42,945 nt of DNA from contig CBDBIJ010000056.1 of the NCBI GenBank assembly GCA_965205655.1, positions 1 to 42,945 of the forward strand, read 5' to 3'. The translations under genes and the position numbers were made by a program. Below the pieces are notes generated by a model. The model saw nothing but the letters and a program-made list of their open reading frames with translations. It searched no databases and was not told the origin of the DNA. The DNA is from Candidatus Latescibacterota bacterium. Its GTDB lineage: Bacteria > Latescibacterota > UBA2968 > UBA8231. Within the stretch, counting starts at the first letter, position 1. Each line of letters begins with the position of its first letter. Shown here in pieces: positions 28,736 to 38,419 of the stretch.

Positions 28736-29983
28736 CTACTCGACCAAGACTTCGAGTTGCCGGAACGCCTTTCGCAGCGACATCTCCACCTCCACAGGCG
28801 ACGCGGCTTCCGCGAAGATGAAGCCCAGATAGCGATCGCCCTCCGGCAGCGGCTCTACCTCCTGGTCGGGCGGGATCGTTATCACGACATCGTCGATGTT
28901 CACGATCATGCGTGCCTCCTCGATACCCCGCACCCCTCGCAGCACGCCTTTGGCGGGCACCGGCAGCATCATGACTCCGGCAGCTCCTCCCTGTCGCTCG
29001 AGCGAGTCTACCGGCAGGTTCAGCGCATGGCGCAGGACGAGTTCCTCCAGCGACATTCCCGTCCCGTAGCGCAGAACCCTCGAGCACAGCCCGCCGATCG
29101 TCCTCGCCGCGATCTCTATGATATGAAGCTGCCCCTCAGTCACCCTCAGCTCCGCGTGCAATGGACCATCCCGCAAGCCGAGCGCTTCTGCCCCGCGAGC
29201 CACATTATCGGCAATCTCCTGTTGCAGGTCGTCTGCCAGTCTCGAAGGCGTGACATACACCGTTTCGGCGAAGAACGGACCCTCGAGAGGATCCGGCTTG
29301 TCGAACAGGGCGAGCGGTTGCAGCTCACCCCCCATCAGCAGGGCCTCGACCGCGACCTCGACGCCCGGAATGTAGTCCTCCACCAGAATCTCCCGGGCCG
29401 CCGCACCGCCTTTGCGCGCCACAGCCGGGTTCTTCAGGATAGTGCGGATTCGACCGAAAGCGGTCACGAACTGATCCGCGTCGTCTGCCCGAATCACACC
29501 TCGACTGGCTGCCAGAAACACCGGTTTCAACACACAGGGGTACTCGGCCGCCTCAGCGCATTGACTCGAATCGTCCGTGATGTCGAACAGACGGACGCGC
29601 GGAGAGGGTAACCCGGCCTGCGTCAGTCGCGTCCTCATCAGCTTCTTGTTGCCGGCCGCCCGCACTGCCTCCGGGTCGTTGTGGGCGATCCCCATCGCCT
29701 CGCACGCCAGAGCGGCGAGTACGGCAGAGTGATCGTCCACGCCGAAAACTGCCTTGACCGGCCATTCCGTGCTGTGATCGACAATCTGTCGCACAGCGAT
29801 ATCGGCGTCGTAGAAGCTCAGGGACAATGTCCTGCCCGGCGCGGCATCTTCCAGCACTTGCCTTTTGTCCGATGCCACCACTACCTCGACGCCCAACCGC
29901 TCCGCTGCCACCATGAAGTCGCGCGTGTTGTAGGTCGTCGTGGGAATGATCAAGAGGAGCCGATCGGTCACTGGAGCCTGCAT
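28736..29983 (-). CDS. ATP-grasp domain protein
   Basis: NKKLMR, YPCVLKP..ASRGV, VEDYIPGVE, HAELR, EIAARTIGG. Confidence 0.88.
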   Translation of the reverse strand: MQAPVTDRLLLIIPTTTYNTRDFMVAAERLGVEVVVASDKRQVLEDAAPGRTLSLSFYDADIAVRQIVDHSTEWPVKAVFGVDDHSAVLAALACEAMGIAHNDPEAVRAAGNKKLMRTRLTQAGLPSPRVRLFDITDDSSQCAEAAEYPCVLKPVFLAASRGVIRADDADQFVTAFGRIRTILKNPAVARKGGAAAREILVEDYIPGVEVAVEALLMGGELQPLALFDKPDPLEGPFFAETVYVTPSRLADDLQQEIADNVARGAEALGLRDGPLHAELRVTEGQLHIIEIAARTIGGLCSRVLRYGTGMSLEELVLRHALNLPVDSLERQGGAAGVMMLPVPAKGVLRGVRGIEEARMIVNIDDVVITIPPDQEVEPLPEGDRYLGFIFAEAASPVEVEMSLRKAFRQLEVLVE

Positions 29984-30079
29984 CCGTTGTGATTATGCGA
30001 TATCTTGATAGACTGGTGCTGCCGGGCAGCCCAGCCGGCCCTGAATGTTGTCATCTTTGGACATAATCTCAAACGAGTG

Positions 30080-31315
30080 ATGGCGAGCGACAGACCACAT
30101 ACCCCCGAGGAGGCTCAGAGGCTCGTCCTCGAGCGCATCGGACCCCTCGGTGTAGAGCGCGTCCCCCTGCCTGATGCTCTCGGGCGTCTCCTGGCCTCTG
30201 AGGTGGTCGCTCCGTACGACAACCCGCCTCACGACAACTCGGCCATGGACGGCTATGCCGTGCGCCACGAGGACGTCAAGGACGCCACCTCCGAACAGCC
30301 GGCCGTCCTGGATATGATCGAGGACATTCCCGCCGGCTATGTTGCAAAGAAAACCGTTGACCGGGGTCAAACGAGCCGCATCATGACCGGTGCACCGGTT
30401 CCCAAAGGTGCCGACACCGTGATTCGAGTGGAGGACACACAGGCGGATGGCGACCGAATCGAGATCTTCGATCCGGAGGAGTCTGGCGGGAATGTCAGAC
30501 GGCGCGGGGAAGACATGAGGGAGGGGGAAACCCTCCTCGAGGCGGGATCGGAGCTCGGCCCCGGGGAGATCGCGGCGCTGGCTGCGGCCCAGTGCACCCT
30601 GGTCTCCGTTCACCGTCGACCGACCATCACCATTCTGTCCACCGGTGACGAGCTCGTCGAGATCGACGAACCTCTGGAGCCCGGAAAAATCGTCAACAGC
30701 AACACCACCGCGCTCGCCGCCATGGCCAGAGTTCACGGAGCCGATCCGGTCATGCTGCCCACAGCTCCAGACGACGAGGATGAAATCCGTCGGACCATCG
30801 AAAGCGCGCTCAACGGTGATTTAATTGTTTCAACCGGCGGCGTGTCGGTCGGTGAATACGACTACATAAAGAAAGTCCTCGATGACATGGGAGCGGAAGA
30901 GATCCTGTGGCGAGTGGCCATGAAGCCGGGGAAACCCCTCTATTTCTGTATCCTCCAGGGGGTGCCGTATTTCGGCCTGCCAGGCAACCCCGTTTCCGGC
31001 ATGATGTCATTTCTGCAATTCGTCAGGCCCGCCATTCGCAAAGCCTCCGGCTACCCCTCTGACGATCTGCTCCTTCCGACCGCGCAAGCCCGCATGGACA
31101 ATGCGGAGCGCAATGACGGCGACCGTCGCAACTACCTGCGCGCTCGGCTGCGGGCCGACGGCGGCCAGCTCAGGGCCGACACCGCGAACCGGACGCAGGA
31201 TTCCCACATCATCACCTCCATGCTCGGCGCCAACGGCATCGTCGTTCTCGAACCCGGACAGACGGTGGAGCCCGGTGGCGAGGTTACGGTGCAGATTATC
31301 GGCCGCGTGTTCTAG
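30080..31315 (+). CDS. moeA: Molybdopterin molybdotransferase MoeA
   Basis: DNSAMDGYAVR, IMTGAPVP.GADTV, STGDEL, TGGVSVG.YD, MKPGKP, GLPGNPVS. Confidence 0.95.
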   Translation: MASDRPHTPEEAQRLVLERIGPLGVERVPLPDALGRLLASEVVAPYDNPPHDNSAMDGYAVRHEDVKDATSEQPAVLDMIEDIPAGYVAKKTVDRGQTSRIMTGAPVPKGADTVIRVEDTQADGDRIEIFDPEESGGNVRRRGEDMREGETLLEAGSELGPGEIAALAAAQCTLVSVHRRPTITILSTGDELVEIDEPLEPGKIVNSNTTALAAMARVHGADPVMLPTAPDDEDEIRRTIESALNGDLIVSTGGVSVGEYDYIKKVLDDMGAEEILWRVAMKPGKPLYFCILQGVPYFGLPGNPVSGMMSFLQFVRPAIRKASGYPSDDLLLPTAQARMDNAERNDGDRRNYLRARLRADGGQLRADTANRTQDSHIITSMLGANGIVVLEPGQTVEPGGEVTVQIIGRVF

Positions 31316-31352
31316 CGAGCATGGCTCTGCCTGCCGCAGTGATGGAGGATTC

Positions 31353-31931
31353 ATGAGCAATTTCGATGGATTTCCCAAAAAAACGCCGACATTCCTTCGC
31401 GGAATCTCGAAGAACAATAACAAAGAGTGGTTCGACGCTCATCGCAGTGACTACGAGCAGCTCTTCCTCGAACCGGCGAGGGCATTCGTAACCGCAGTGG
31501 GTGAGGAGTTGAGCCGAATCGCGCCGCACGTCGTCGCCGAGCCCCGCGCGAAAGGGAGCAGTGTCCGGTTTCTTCTGGCGTCTCACACCGACCGAGCTCC
31601 TGCTCGGTGTGGGCGGCCACTGCTTTGAGAAGAGCGTGCTCACTCAATATCGCAAGGAGGTGGCGGACGAGAAGTCCGCAGCTGCCCTTCTGAAAGCCGT
31701 GGGTGCGGTGGAGAAGGCGGAGTACGAAGTCGAGGGCGAACACTACAAGCGAGTGCCGCGGGGATTCGAGGTCGAGGACGAGCGACGCTGCTACGACACG
31801 ACGGCCTCTACGCCGGTAAGGAAGAGAAGCACCCGGCCGCACTACATTCGGCGAAGCTCGTCAACTACTCGGTCGACCGCTGGAAGAAGCTGTTGCCGCT
31901 GCACCGGTGGCTGGTTGACACACTACAGTGA
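31353..31931 (+). pseudogene. DUF2461 (TIGR02453) family remnant with internal deletion and frameshifts
   Basis: FL..I.KNNNKEWFDAHRSDYE start and YKRVPRGF..LRHDGL end; the usual central FRI.RD.RFSKDK.PYK block is absent at ~31560. Confidence 0.75.
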
Positions 31932-32957
31932 GCCATTCGGCTCGATAATCACTTTCAAGCTCGCCGTCCCGTCGCACGTCAGTCGGAACCCCTCGCCGAT
32001 CTCCTCCAATGGCAGCCTGTGGGTGATCATGTCCTCGACCTCGACTCGTCCGAATATGATCAAATCCTGAGCCTGTTGATTGTCTACCGGCGCCGCCCCG
32101 TAGCTCACCTTGACGCTCTTGGAATCTCTCCAGAACGCGTTGATGTCGATCTCGAGCTGCTCATCGGGCTTGGGGACCGCGAAAAACAGCGCCGTTCCCC
32201 CCTTTTCCACTGACTGTAACCCCGTGCGGGCTGCTGACAGAGCCCCGGTGCTGACGATTACCTTGTCGGCGAGTCGTCCACCGTTTACCTGACGCACGAA
32301 GTCGGGAACATCCTGCCGCGCATCGACGACGTGATCAGCGCCGAAGCGCGACGCCGTGTCGAGCCTGAATTGCTGCATGTCTGAGGCGATGATCTTGCCC
32401 ACGCCCAGCGCACGCATCAGCTTGATCTGCAGCAGCCCGATGAGCCCACTGCCGAGAAGCAACACGGTCTCACCGGGCGTGACGCCGATCTCGCGCAGAC
32501 CGCGGACGACCGTTCCCAGAGGCTCGATGAACGAGCCCGCTTCGTACGACACGCCGTCGGAAAGGTGCGCCGTTCCCTGTCCGACGCTCCGTCCGGTGAT
32601 TCTCAGATACTGGGCGAATCCACCCGGCGCAAAATTGTTTTCGCCGTGAAAGGTCTCGCACGCCGTGTGATACCCGTTCAAACACTCCCGGCACGTGTCG
32701 CAGGGCACGTGATGGGTCGAGAAGATGCGGTCCCCAACCTCAAATCCCTCGACCTTCGCGCCGACCTCGACGATGTCGCCCGTCACCTCGTGGCCGAGCA
32801 CGAGGGGCGCCCTTTTTATGCGATACCACTCCATGATATCGCTGCCACAGATGCCGCTCGCCTTCACCTCCATCAACAGATCGCCGTCGCCGACCTCGGG
32901 TACCGCCATCTCCTCGAGGCGGACGTCGCTGTTGTTGTAGTACATCCCGACTTTCAT
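31923..32957 (-). CDS. Zinc-dependent alcohol/polyol dehydrogenase
   Basis: GICGSD, LGHE, C-x2-C-x2-C-x7-C, GSGLIG, ITHRLPL. Confidence 0.9.
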   Translation of the reverse strand: MKVGMYYNNSDVRLEEMAVPEVGDGDLLMEVKASGICGSDIMEWYRIKRAPLVLGHEVTGDIVEVGAKVEGFEVGDRIFSTHHVPCDTCRECLNGYHTACETFHGENNFAPGGFAQYLRITGRSVGQGTAHLSDGVSYEAGSFIEPLGTVVRGLREIGVTPGETVLLLGSGLIGLLQIKLMRALGVGKIIASDMQQFRLDTASRFGADHVVDARQDVPDFVRQVNGGRLADKVIVSTGALSAARTGLQSVEKGGTALFFAVPKPDEQLEIDINAFWRDSKSVKVSYGAAPVDNQQAQDLIIFGRVEVEDMITHRLPLEEIGEGFRLTCDGTASLKVIIEPNGSL

Positions 32958-32980
32958 CAGCGGCTCCGCGACTCTACCGC

Positions 32981-33838
32981 CTACGCCCGCTTGCTTCTTA
33001 GCTCGTCAAACACCTCCATGCCCTGTGCCGGACTGTTTCCCTCGTGAACGACGGAGCGCACCGCCTGAATCATGGCCACCGGATTCTCGGACTGGAAGAT
33101 GTTCCGTCCCATATCGACGCCGTCTGCGCCCGCCCGAATCGCCCGCGCGCTAAACTCCAACGCCTCTTCCTCCGGCACCTTCTTGCCGCCGGCGATGACG
33201 ATCGGCGCCTGTATGCCGTTGCGCACCTGTTCCCAGTCGTCGACGAAATAGGTCTTGACGATGTCGGCGCCGTTCTCCTGAATGATTCTGCCGGCGTGGG
33301 CGAAGTAGCGCGCCGCGTCAAAATCGGCGCTGCCCTCGCCTTCGCCTTTTACCAGCGGCTCGAGCTTGGCGCCTACCGCCGTGATCCCGAGGACGAGGAG
33401 GTCGTACTTGCTCGCCTCGTTGGCCAGAGTCCCGAGGCTGCGCAGTGTCTGAGCCTGATGCTCGGTGTCGATGTACACCGACACCGAGACCCCCACGGCG
33501 TTCAGTTTCACCGCCTCCTCGACCGAGGTGATGATGTGCTCGTCGGACAGTTCCTCCCTGCGGGTCATGCTGTTGCCCCCGGTAACTCGCAGGATGACGG
33601 GCGTTGACACCAGCGGATCGAGAGCGTAGACGAGGCTTCCCTTGGCCGGGCTGATGGCGTCGGCGTACGGCACCAGCGGTTGTATCGTTTCGCGGGGATC
33701 CTCGAGGCCGGTGGTGGGGCCGTAAAAATACGGATGGTCGACTGCGAGCATGACGGTGTGGGCCTCACCCTGGGCGTTTGGTCTGAAGACCTGCGCCATC
33801 CTGTTCGTTTTTCCCCACCCCGTCTGTCCGTAGTTCAT
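32981..33838 (-). CDS. lsrF: LsrF-like class I aldolase/thiolase (DhnA family)
   Basis: WG..NR, VMLAVDHPYFYGPTTGLE, GADIVKTY, PIVIAGGKK, GVDMGRNIFQS. Confidence 0.75.
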   Translation of the reverse strand: MNYGQTGWGKTNRMAQVFRPNAQGEAHTVMLAVDHPYFYGPTTGLEDPRETIQPLVPYADAISPAKGSLVYALDPLVSTPVILRVTGGNSMTRREELSDEHIITSVEEAVKLNAVGVSVSVYIDTEHQAQTLRSLGTLANEASKYDLLVLGITAVGAKLEPLVKGEGEGSADFDAARYFAHAGRIIQENGADIVKTYFVDDWEQVRNGIQAPIVIAGGKKVPEEEALEFSARAIRAGADGVDMGRNIFQSENPVAMIQAVRSVVHEGNSPAQGMEVFDELRSKRA

Positions 33839-33889
33839 AGCTTACGACTCCTTGCTAACTGACTGGCGACCGATCGGGAAAAAGGAACC

Positions 33890-33982
33890 ATGAGCGAAGT
33901 CGAAATCGTGTCGCGAAAGAGAATTCCCGATGGATTCTTCAAGATAGATGAAGTCGAATTCCGCCACCAGCACTCCGGCTGA
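33890..33982 (+). pseudogene. N-terminal remnant resembling ADP-ribose pyrophosphatase (NudF-type Nudix)
   Basis: AAGGA RBS; MSEVEIVSRKRIPDGFFKIDEVEFRHQHSG* stops after 30 aa. Confidence 0.5.
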
Positions 33983-34081
33983 GAAACCGCATGCGCTGAT
34001 GCTTGCACGACCCGCCCTGACCTCTCGATATTACTCCCCCGCGCACTTCGGCGGCAATGAGCAGCGCAAGGAGACACTCCC

Positions 34082-36061
34082 ATGAGCGAAGATCTGTACT
34101 CCCCACCCGAATCCTTTCGGCAAAAAGCCTACTTCAAGAGCCTGGAGGAGTATCGGGCCGAATACGAACGTTCGATCGCCAACCCTGAGGCTTGGTGGGC
34201 GCAGCAGGCTGAGAGCTTCCATTGGTATGAGAAGTGGGATACAGTTCTGTCGTACAACTACAACATGGACGACATGGACGACGGCGCCGTCGGCATCCGT
34301 TGGTTTGACGGCGGCAGGACGAGCATCGTCCACAACTGTCTCGATCGTCATCTCGAGAGCCGCGGCGATCAGATCGCCATCATCTGGGAGGGCAACGAAC
34401 CCGGCGAAGACGCCACTCTGAGCTATCGCGAGCTCCACGAGCAGGTTTGCAAGTTCGCCAACGTTTTGAAGGCCCGTGGCGTTCGCAGGGGCGACCGGGT
34501 CTCGATCTATCTGCCGATGATCCCGGAGCTGGCCATCGCCATGCTGGCCAGCGCGCGCATCGGCGCCGTTCACTCCATCGTTTTTGGCGGCTTCTCCGCC
34601 GACTCCCTCTCCGACCGCATCGTCGACTCGACCTGCACCACCGTCATTACCTGCAACGGCACCCATCGCGGCGACAAACCCGTCCTCATGAAACCGGTCG
34701 CCGACGAGGCCATGGCCTCCGCGAGCAAGGAGATGGGTGTGCCCGTCGAAACCTGCATCGTCGTCGAGCGCGTCGAGAGCAAAGGCGAATTCGATGTGCA
34801 GATGACGGCGGGACGTGACTTCTGGTGGCACGATCTGATGGCCGATGCCGGCGCCGACTGTCCCTGCGAGGAGATGGAGGCCGAAGACCCGCTCTACATC
34901 CTCTACACCTCCGGATCCACCGGCAAGCCGAAAGGGGTGCAGCACACGGTCGGTGGCTACATGGTCTACACCGGCGTCACCCACAAGTACATCTTCGACT
35001 ACCACGACGGCGACATCTACTTCTGCGCCGCCGACATCGGTTGGGTCACCGGACATTCTTACATCATCTACGGACCGATGGCCAATGGCGCTACCACCGT
35101 CATGTTCGAAAGCATCCCAACCTACCCCGACCCCGGCCGCTACTGGGCCGTCATCGAGAAATGGAAGGTCAACCAGTTTTACACGGCGCCCACGGCCATC
35201 CGCGCCATCGCCGCGGCCGGCCAAGAGTTCCCGGCGAAGTACGACATGCCCAGCCTCCGCCTGCTCGGCACCGTGGGTGAACCCATCAACCCGGAAGCCT
35301 GGCGCTGGTACTACACCAACGCCGGCAAGGAACGCTGCCCCATCGTCGATACCTGGTGGCAGACGGAAACCGGCGGTATCCTCATCACCCCGTTGCCGGG
35401 TGCCATTCCGCAGAAACCGGGATCGGCGACCCTGCCCTTTTTCGGCATTGAGCCGGCTATCCTCGATCCGGAAAACGGCAAGGAGCTGGAGGGCAACGGC
35501 GTGTCCGGTGTGCTCGCCATAAAGAAACCCTGGCCGGGAACGATGCGAACGGTGTACGGCGATCACAAGCGCTTCGAGGAAACATATTTCCAGCAGTACA
35601 AGGGCTATTACTTCACCGGAGATGGTTGTCGACGAGACGAGGACGGCTACTACTGGATCACCGGCCGCGTCGACGACGTCATCAACGTGTCCGGCCACCG
35701 CATGGGTACCGCCGAGGTCGAGAGCGCCCTCGTGCTCCACAACAAAGTGGCAGAAGCTGCCGTGGTTGGCTTCCCCCACGAGGTCAAAGGCCAGGGCATC
35801 TACGCCTACGTCACCCTGAATATTGGCGAAGAGTACACCGAGGCTCTGAGAGACGAGTTGAAAAAACAGGTTCGCTCCGTCATCGGTCCCATCGCCGCTC
35901 CCGACGTCATCCACTGGGCGCCCGGTCTGCCGAAGACCAGATCCGGAAAGATCATGCGGCGCATTCTGCGCAAAATCGCCGCGGACGAGACCGAGGACAT
36001 CGGTGATACGACGACGCTCGCCGATCCGGCCGTCGTCGAGGATCTGATCGCCAACCGCTAG
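34082..36061 (+). CDS. acs: Acetyl-CoA synthetase
   Basis: [57 protein letters not shown]. Confidence 0.97.
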   Translation: MSEDLYSPPESFRQKAYFKSLEEYRAEYERSIANPEAWWAQQAESFHWYEKWDTVLSYNYNMDDMDDGAVGIRWFDGGRTSIVHNCLDRHLESRGDQIAIIWEGNEPGEDATLSYRELHEQVCKFANVLKARGVRRGDRVSIYLPMIPELAIAMLASARIGAVHSIVFGGFSADSLSDRIVDSTCTTVITCNGTHRGDKPVLMKPVADEAMASASKEMGVPVETCIVVERVESKGEFDVQMTAGRDFWWHDLMADAGADCPCEEMEAEDPLYILYTSGSTGKPKGVQHTVGGYMVYTGVTHKYIFDYHDGDIYFCAADIGWVTGHSYIIYGPMANGATTVMFESIPTYPDPGRYWAVIEKWKVNQFYTAPTAIRAIAAAGQEFPAKYDMPSLRLLGTVGEPINPEAWRWYYTNAGKERCPIVDTWWQTETGGILITPLPGAIPQKPGSATLPFFGIEPAILDPENGKELEGNGVSGVLAIKKPWPGTMRTVYGDHKRFEETYFQQYKGYYFTGDGCRRDEDGYYWITGRVDDVINVSGHRMGTAEVESALVLHNKVAEAAVVGFPHEVKGQGIYAYVTLNIGEEYTEALRDELKKQVRSVIGPIAAPDVIHWAPGLPKTRSGKIMRRILRKIAADETEDIGDTTTLADPAVVEDLIANR

Positions 36062-37146
36062 TGTTCCGTCGCAGAAATACATTGACATAGTCGTTTGACC
36101 TTGGCAAGGATCGAGTCGGCCGTGGCCGTCCACACAAAGGGATGGGCGTTGGCGTTCCATTTGTCGGTGTAGCGCTCGATCCTCTGAATGAGCTCTTTGA
36201 CCTTGCGGAATGAGCCACGCCGGATGGCTCGCCGCGTGATGATGTTGAACCAGATCTCGACCTGGTTGAGCCACGAGGCGTAGGTCGGAGTAAAGTGGAG
36301 GTGGAATCGGGGCCGGCTGGCCAACCACTTCTTGACGCTGGCGTACTTGTGGGTGCCGTAGTTGTCGACGATCAAGTGAACGTCCAGATCCGCAGGCACG
36401 TTCGCGTCGATATGGCGTAGGAACTGCAAAAACTCCTGATGGCGATGACGAGGCTTGCACTGAGTCAGGACTTCACCGGTGGCCACATCCAGAGCGGCAA
36501 ACAGCGTTGTGGTGCCGTGTCGCTTGTAGTCGTGGGTGACGCCCTCCGCGTAGCCCAGGCCCAGCGGCAGCAACGGCTGACTGCGCTCCAGAGCCTGCAC
36601 TTGGCTCTTCTCGTCAACGCACAGGACGACGGCATGGTCGGGCGGGTTGAGATACAAGCCCACAACATCGCGCACCTTATCCACGAAGAAAGGATCAGTG
36701 GACAGCTTGAAATTCTGGGTCCGGTGCGGCTGTAAGCCGAATGTGCGCCAGATGCGATGGACCGCGTCCTTGGTCAGGCCGGTCTCCTCGCCCATGGAGC
36801 GCACCGTCCACTGGGTTTTGTCCTCCGGCTTGGTCTTCAGTGTCTTGTATACCACCTCGGCCACTTGTTCGTCCGAGATCGATCGGGGCGCACCGGGTCG
36901 CAGCTCGTCGTACAACCCGTTGAGGCCGTTTTCCACGAAGCGACGACGCCACTTGCCGACGGTCACTTGTGACAGCCCCACAGCTTCGCCGATGGCCTTG
37001 TTGGGCCATCCCTCGGCGGCCAGCAACACGATCTCGGCGCGTCGCACCAAACCGTGCGGCAGGGATCGAGATTTGGCCATTGATTCCAATTGCTGCCGAG
37101 TTTGCCCCGTCATTTCGAGAGGTGGAAGAAAGCGTCCGCGTGGCAT
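36058..37146 (-). CDS. IS630 transposase (copy 1)
   Basis: [53 protein letters not shown]. Confidence 0.95.
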   Translation of the reverse strand: MPRGRFLPPLEMTGQTRQQLESMAKSRSLPHGLVRRAEIVLLAAEGWPNKAIGEAVGLSQVTVGKWRRRFVENGLNGLYDELRPGAPRSISDEQVAEVVYKTLKTKPEDKTQWTVRSMGEETGLTKDAVHRIWRTFGLQPHRTQNFKLSTDPFFVDKVRDVVGLYLNPPDHAVVLCVDEKSQVQALERSQPLLPLGLGYAEGVTHDYKRHGTTTLFAALDVATGEVLTQCKPRHRHQEFLQFLRHIDANVPADLDVHLIVDNYGTHKYASVKKWLASRPRFHLHFTPTYASWLNQVEIWFNIITRRAIRRGSFRKVKELIQRIERYTDKWNANAHPFVWTATADSILAKVKRLCQCISATEH

Positions 37147-37239
37147 GAGTTTCCTCCGTTCCTTGTTTGTGGAATAGGTCTGGATGAAACTTAACCACAC
37201 AACTGTACTAGTACAAGTTATTTGTACGACAATACACTA
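36059..37239 (-). mobile_element. IS630-family element, copy 1 of tandem
   Basis: CTAG at 36058 and 37237; IRs TAGTGTTCCGTCGCAGAAATA / TATTTGTACGACAATACACTA. Confidence 0.92.
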
Positions 37240-38325
37240 GTGTTCCGTCGCAGAAATACATTGACATAGTCGTTTGACCTTGGCAAGGATCGAGTCGGCC
37301 GTGGCCGTCCACCCAAAGGGATGGGCGTTGGCGTTCCATTTGTCGGTGTAGCGCTCGATCCTCTGAATGAGCTCTTTGACCTTGCGGAATGAGCCACGCC
37401 GGATGGCTCGCCGCGTGATGATGTTGAACCAGATCTCGACCTGGTTGAGCCACGAGGCGTAGGTCGGAGTAAAGTGGAGGTGGAATCGGGGCCGGCTGGC
37501 CAACCACTTCTTGACGCTGGCGTACTTGTGGGTGCCGTAGTTGTCGACGATCAAGTGAACGTCCAGATCCGCAGGCACGTTCGCGTCGATATGGCGTAGG
37601 AACTGCAAAAACTCCTGATGGCGATGACGAGGCTTGCACTGAGTCAGGACTTCACCGGTGGCCACATCCAGAGCGGCAAACAGCGTTGTGGTGCCGTGTC
37701 GCTTGTAGTCGTGGGTGACGCCCTCCGCGTAGCCCAGGCCCAGCGGCAGCAACGGCTGACTGCGCTCCAGAGCCTGCACTTGGCTCTTCTCGTCAACGCA
37801 CAGGACGACGGCATGGTCGGGCGGGTTGAGATACAAGCCCACAACATCGCGCACCTTATCCACGAAGAAAGGATCAGTGGACAGCTTGAAATTCTGGGTC
37901 CGGTGCGGCTGTAAGCCGAATGTGCGCCAGATGCGATGGACCGCGTCCTTGGTCAGGCCGGTCTCCTCGCCCATGGAGCGCACCGTCCACTGGGTTTTGT
38001 CCTCCGGCTTGGTCTTCAGTGTCTTGTATACCACCTCGGCCACTTGTTCGTCCGAGATCGATCGGGGCGCACCGGGTCGCAGCTCGTCGTACAACCCGTT
38101 GAGGCCGTTTTCCACGAAGCGACGACGCCACTTGCCGACGGTCACTTGTGACAGCCCCACAGCTTCGCCGATGGCCTTGTTGGGCCATCCCTCGGCGGCC
38201 AGCAACACGATCTCGGCGCGTCGCACCAAACCGTGCGGCAGGGATCGAGATTTGGCCATTGATTCCAATTGCTGCCGAGTTTGCCCCGTCATTTCGAGAG
38301 GTGGAAGAAAGCGTCCGCGTGGCAT
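37237..38325 (-). CDS. IS630 transposase (copy 2)
   Basis: Protein identical to copy 1 except PFVW -> PFGW. Confidence 0.95.
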   Translation of the reverse strand: MPRGRFLPPLEMTGQTRQQLESMAKSRSLPHGLVRRAEIVLLAAEGWPNKAIGEAVGLSQVTVGKWRRRFVENGLNGLYDELRPGAPRSISDEQVAEVVYKTLKTKPEDKTQWTVRSMGEETGLTKDAVHRIWRTFGLQPHRTQNFKLSTDPFFVDKVRDVVGLYLNPPDHAVVLCVDEKSQVQALERSQPLLPLGLGYAEGVTHDYKRHGTTTLFAALDVATGEVLTQCKPRHRHQEFLQFLRHIDANVPADLDVHLIVDNYGTHKYASVKKWLASRPRFHLHFTPTYASWLNQVEIWFNIITRRAIRRGSFRKVKELIQRIERYTDKWNANAHPFGWTATADSILAKVKRLCQCISATEH

Positions 38326-38418
38326 GAGTTTCCTCCGTTCCTTGTTTGTGGAATAGGTCTGGATGAAACTTAACCACACAACTGTACTAGTACAAGTTAT
38401 TTGTACGACAATACACTA
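37238..38418 (-). mobile_element. IS630-family element, copy 2 of tandem
   Basis: Direct repeat of copy 1 with 1179-bp period; CTAG at 37237 and 38416. Confidence 0.92.
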
Positions 38419-38419
38419 G

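Noticed and set aside
34031..36460. 809-aa minus-strand ORF, and similar ORFs at 11389-12555, 25077-26114, 28757-29611
   Set aside because: Antisense shadows of well-supported genes, common in GC-rich DNA
37204..37215. Palindrome TGTACTAGTACA in the IS630 end as an SOS box
   Set aside because: Does not match the palindrome at this window's lexA or E. coli spacing; more likely part of the IS end or its promoter
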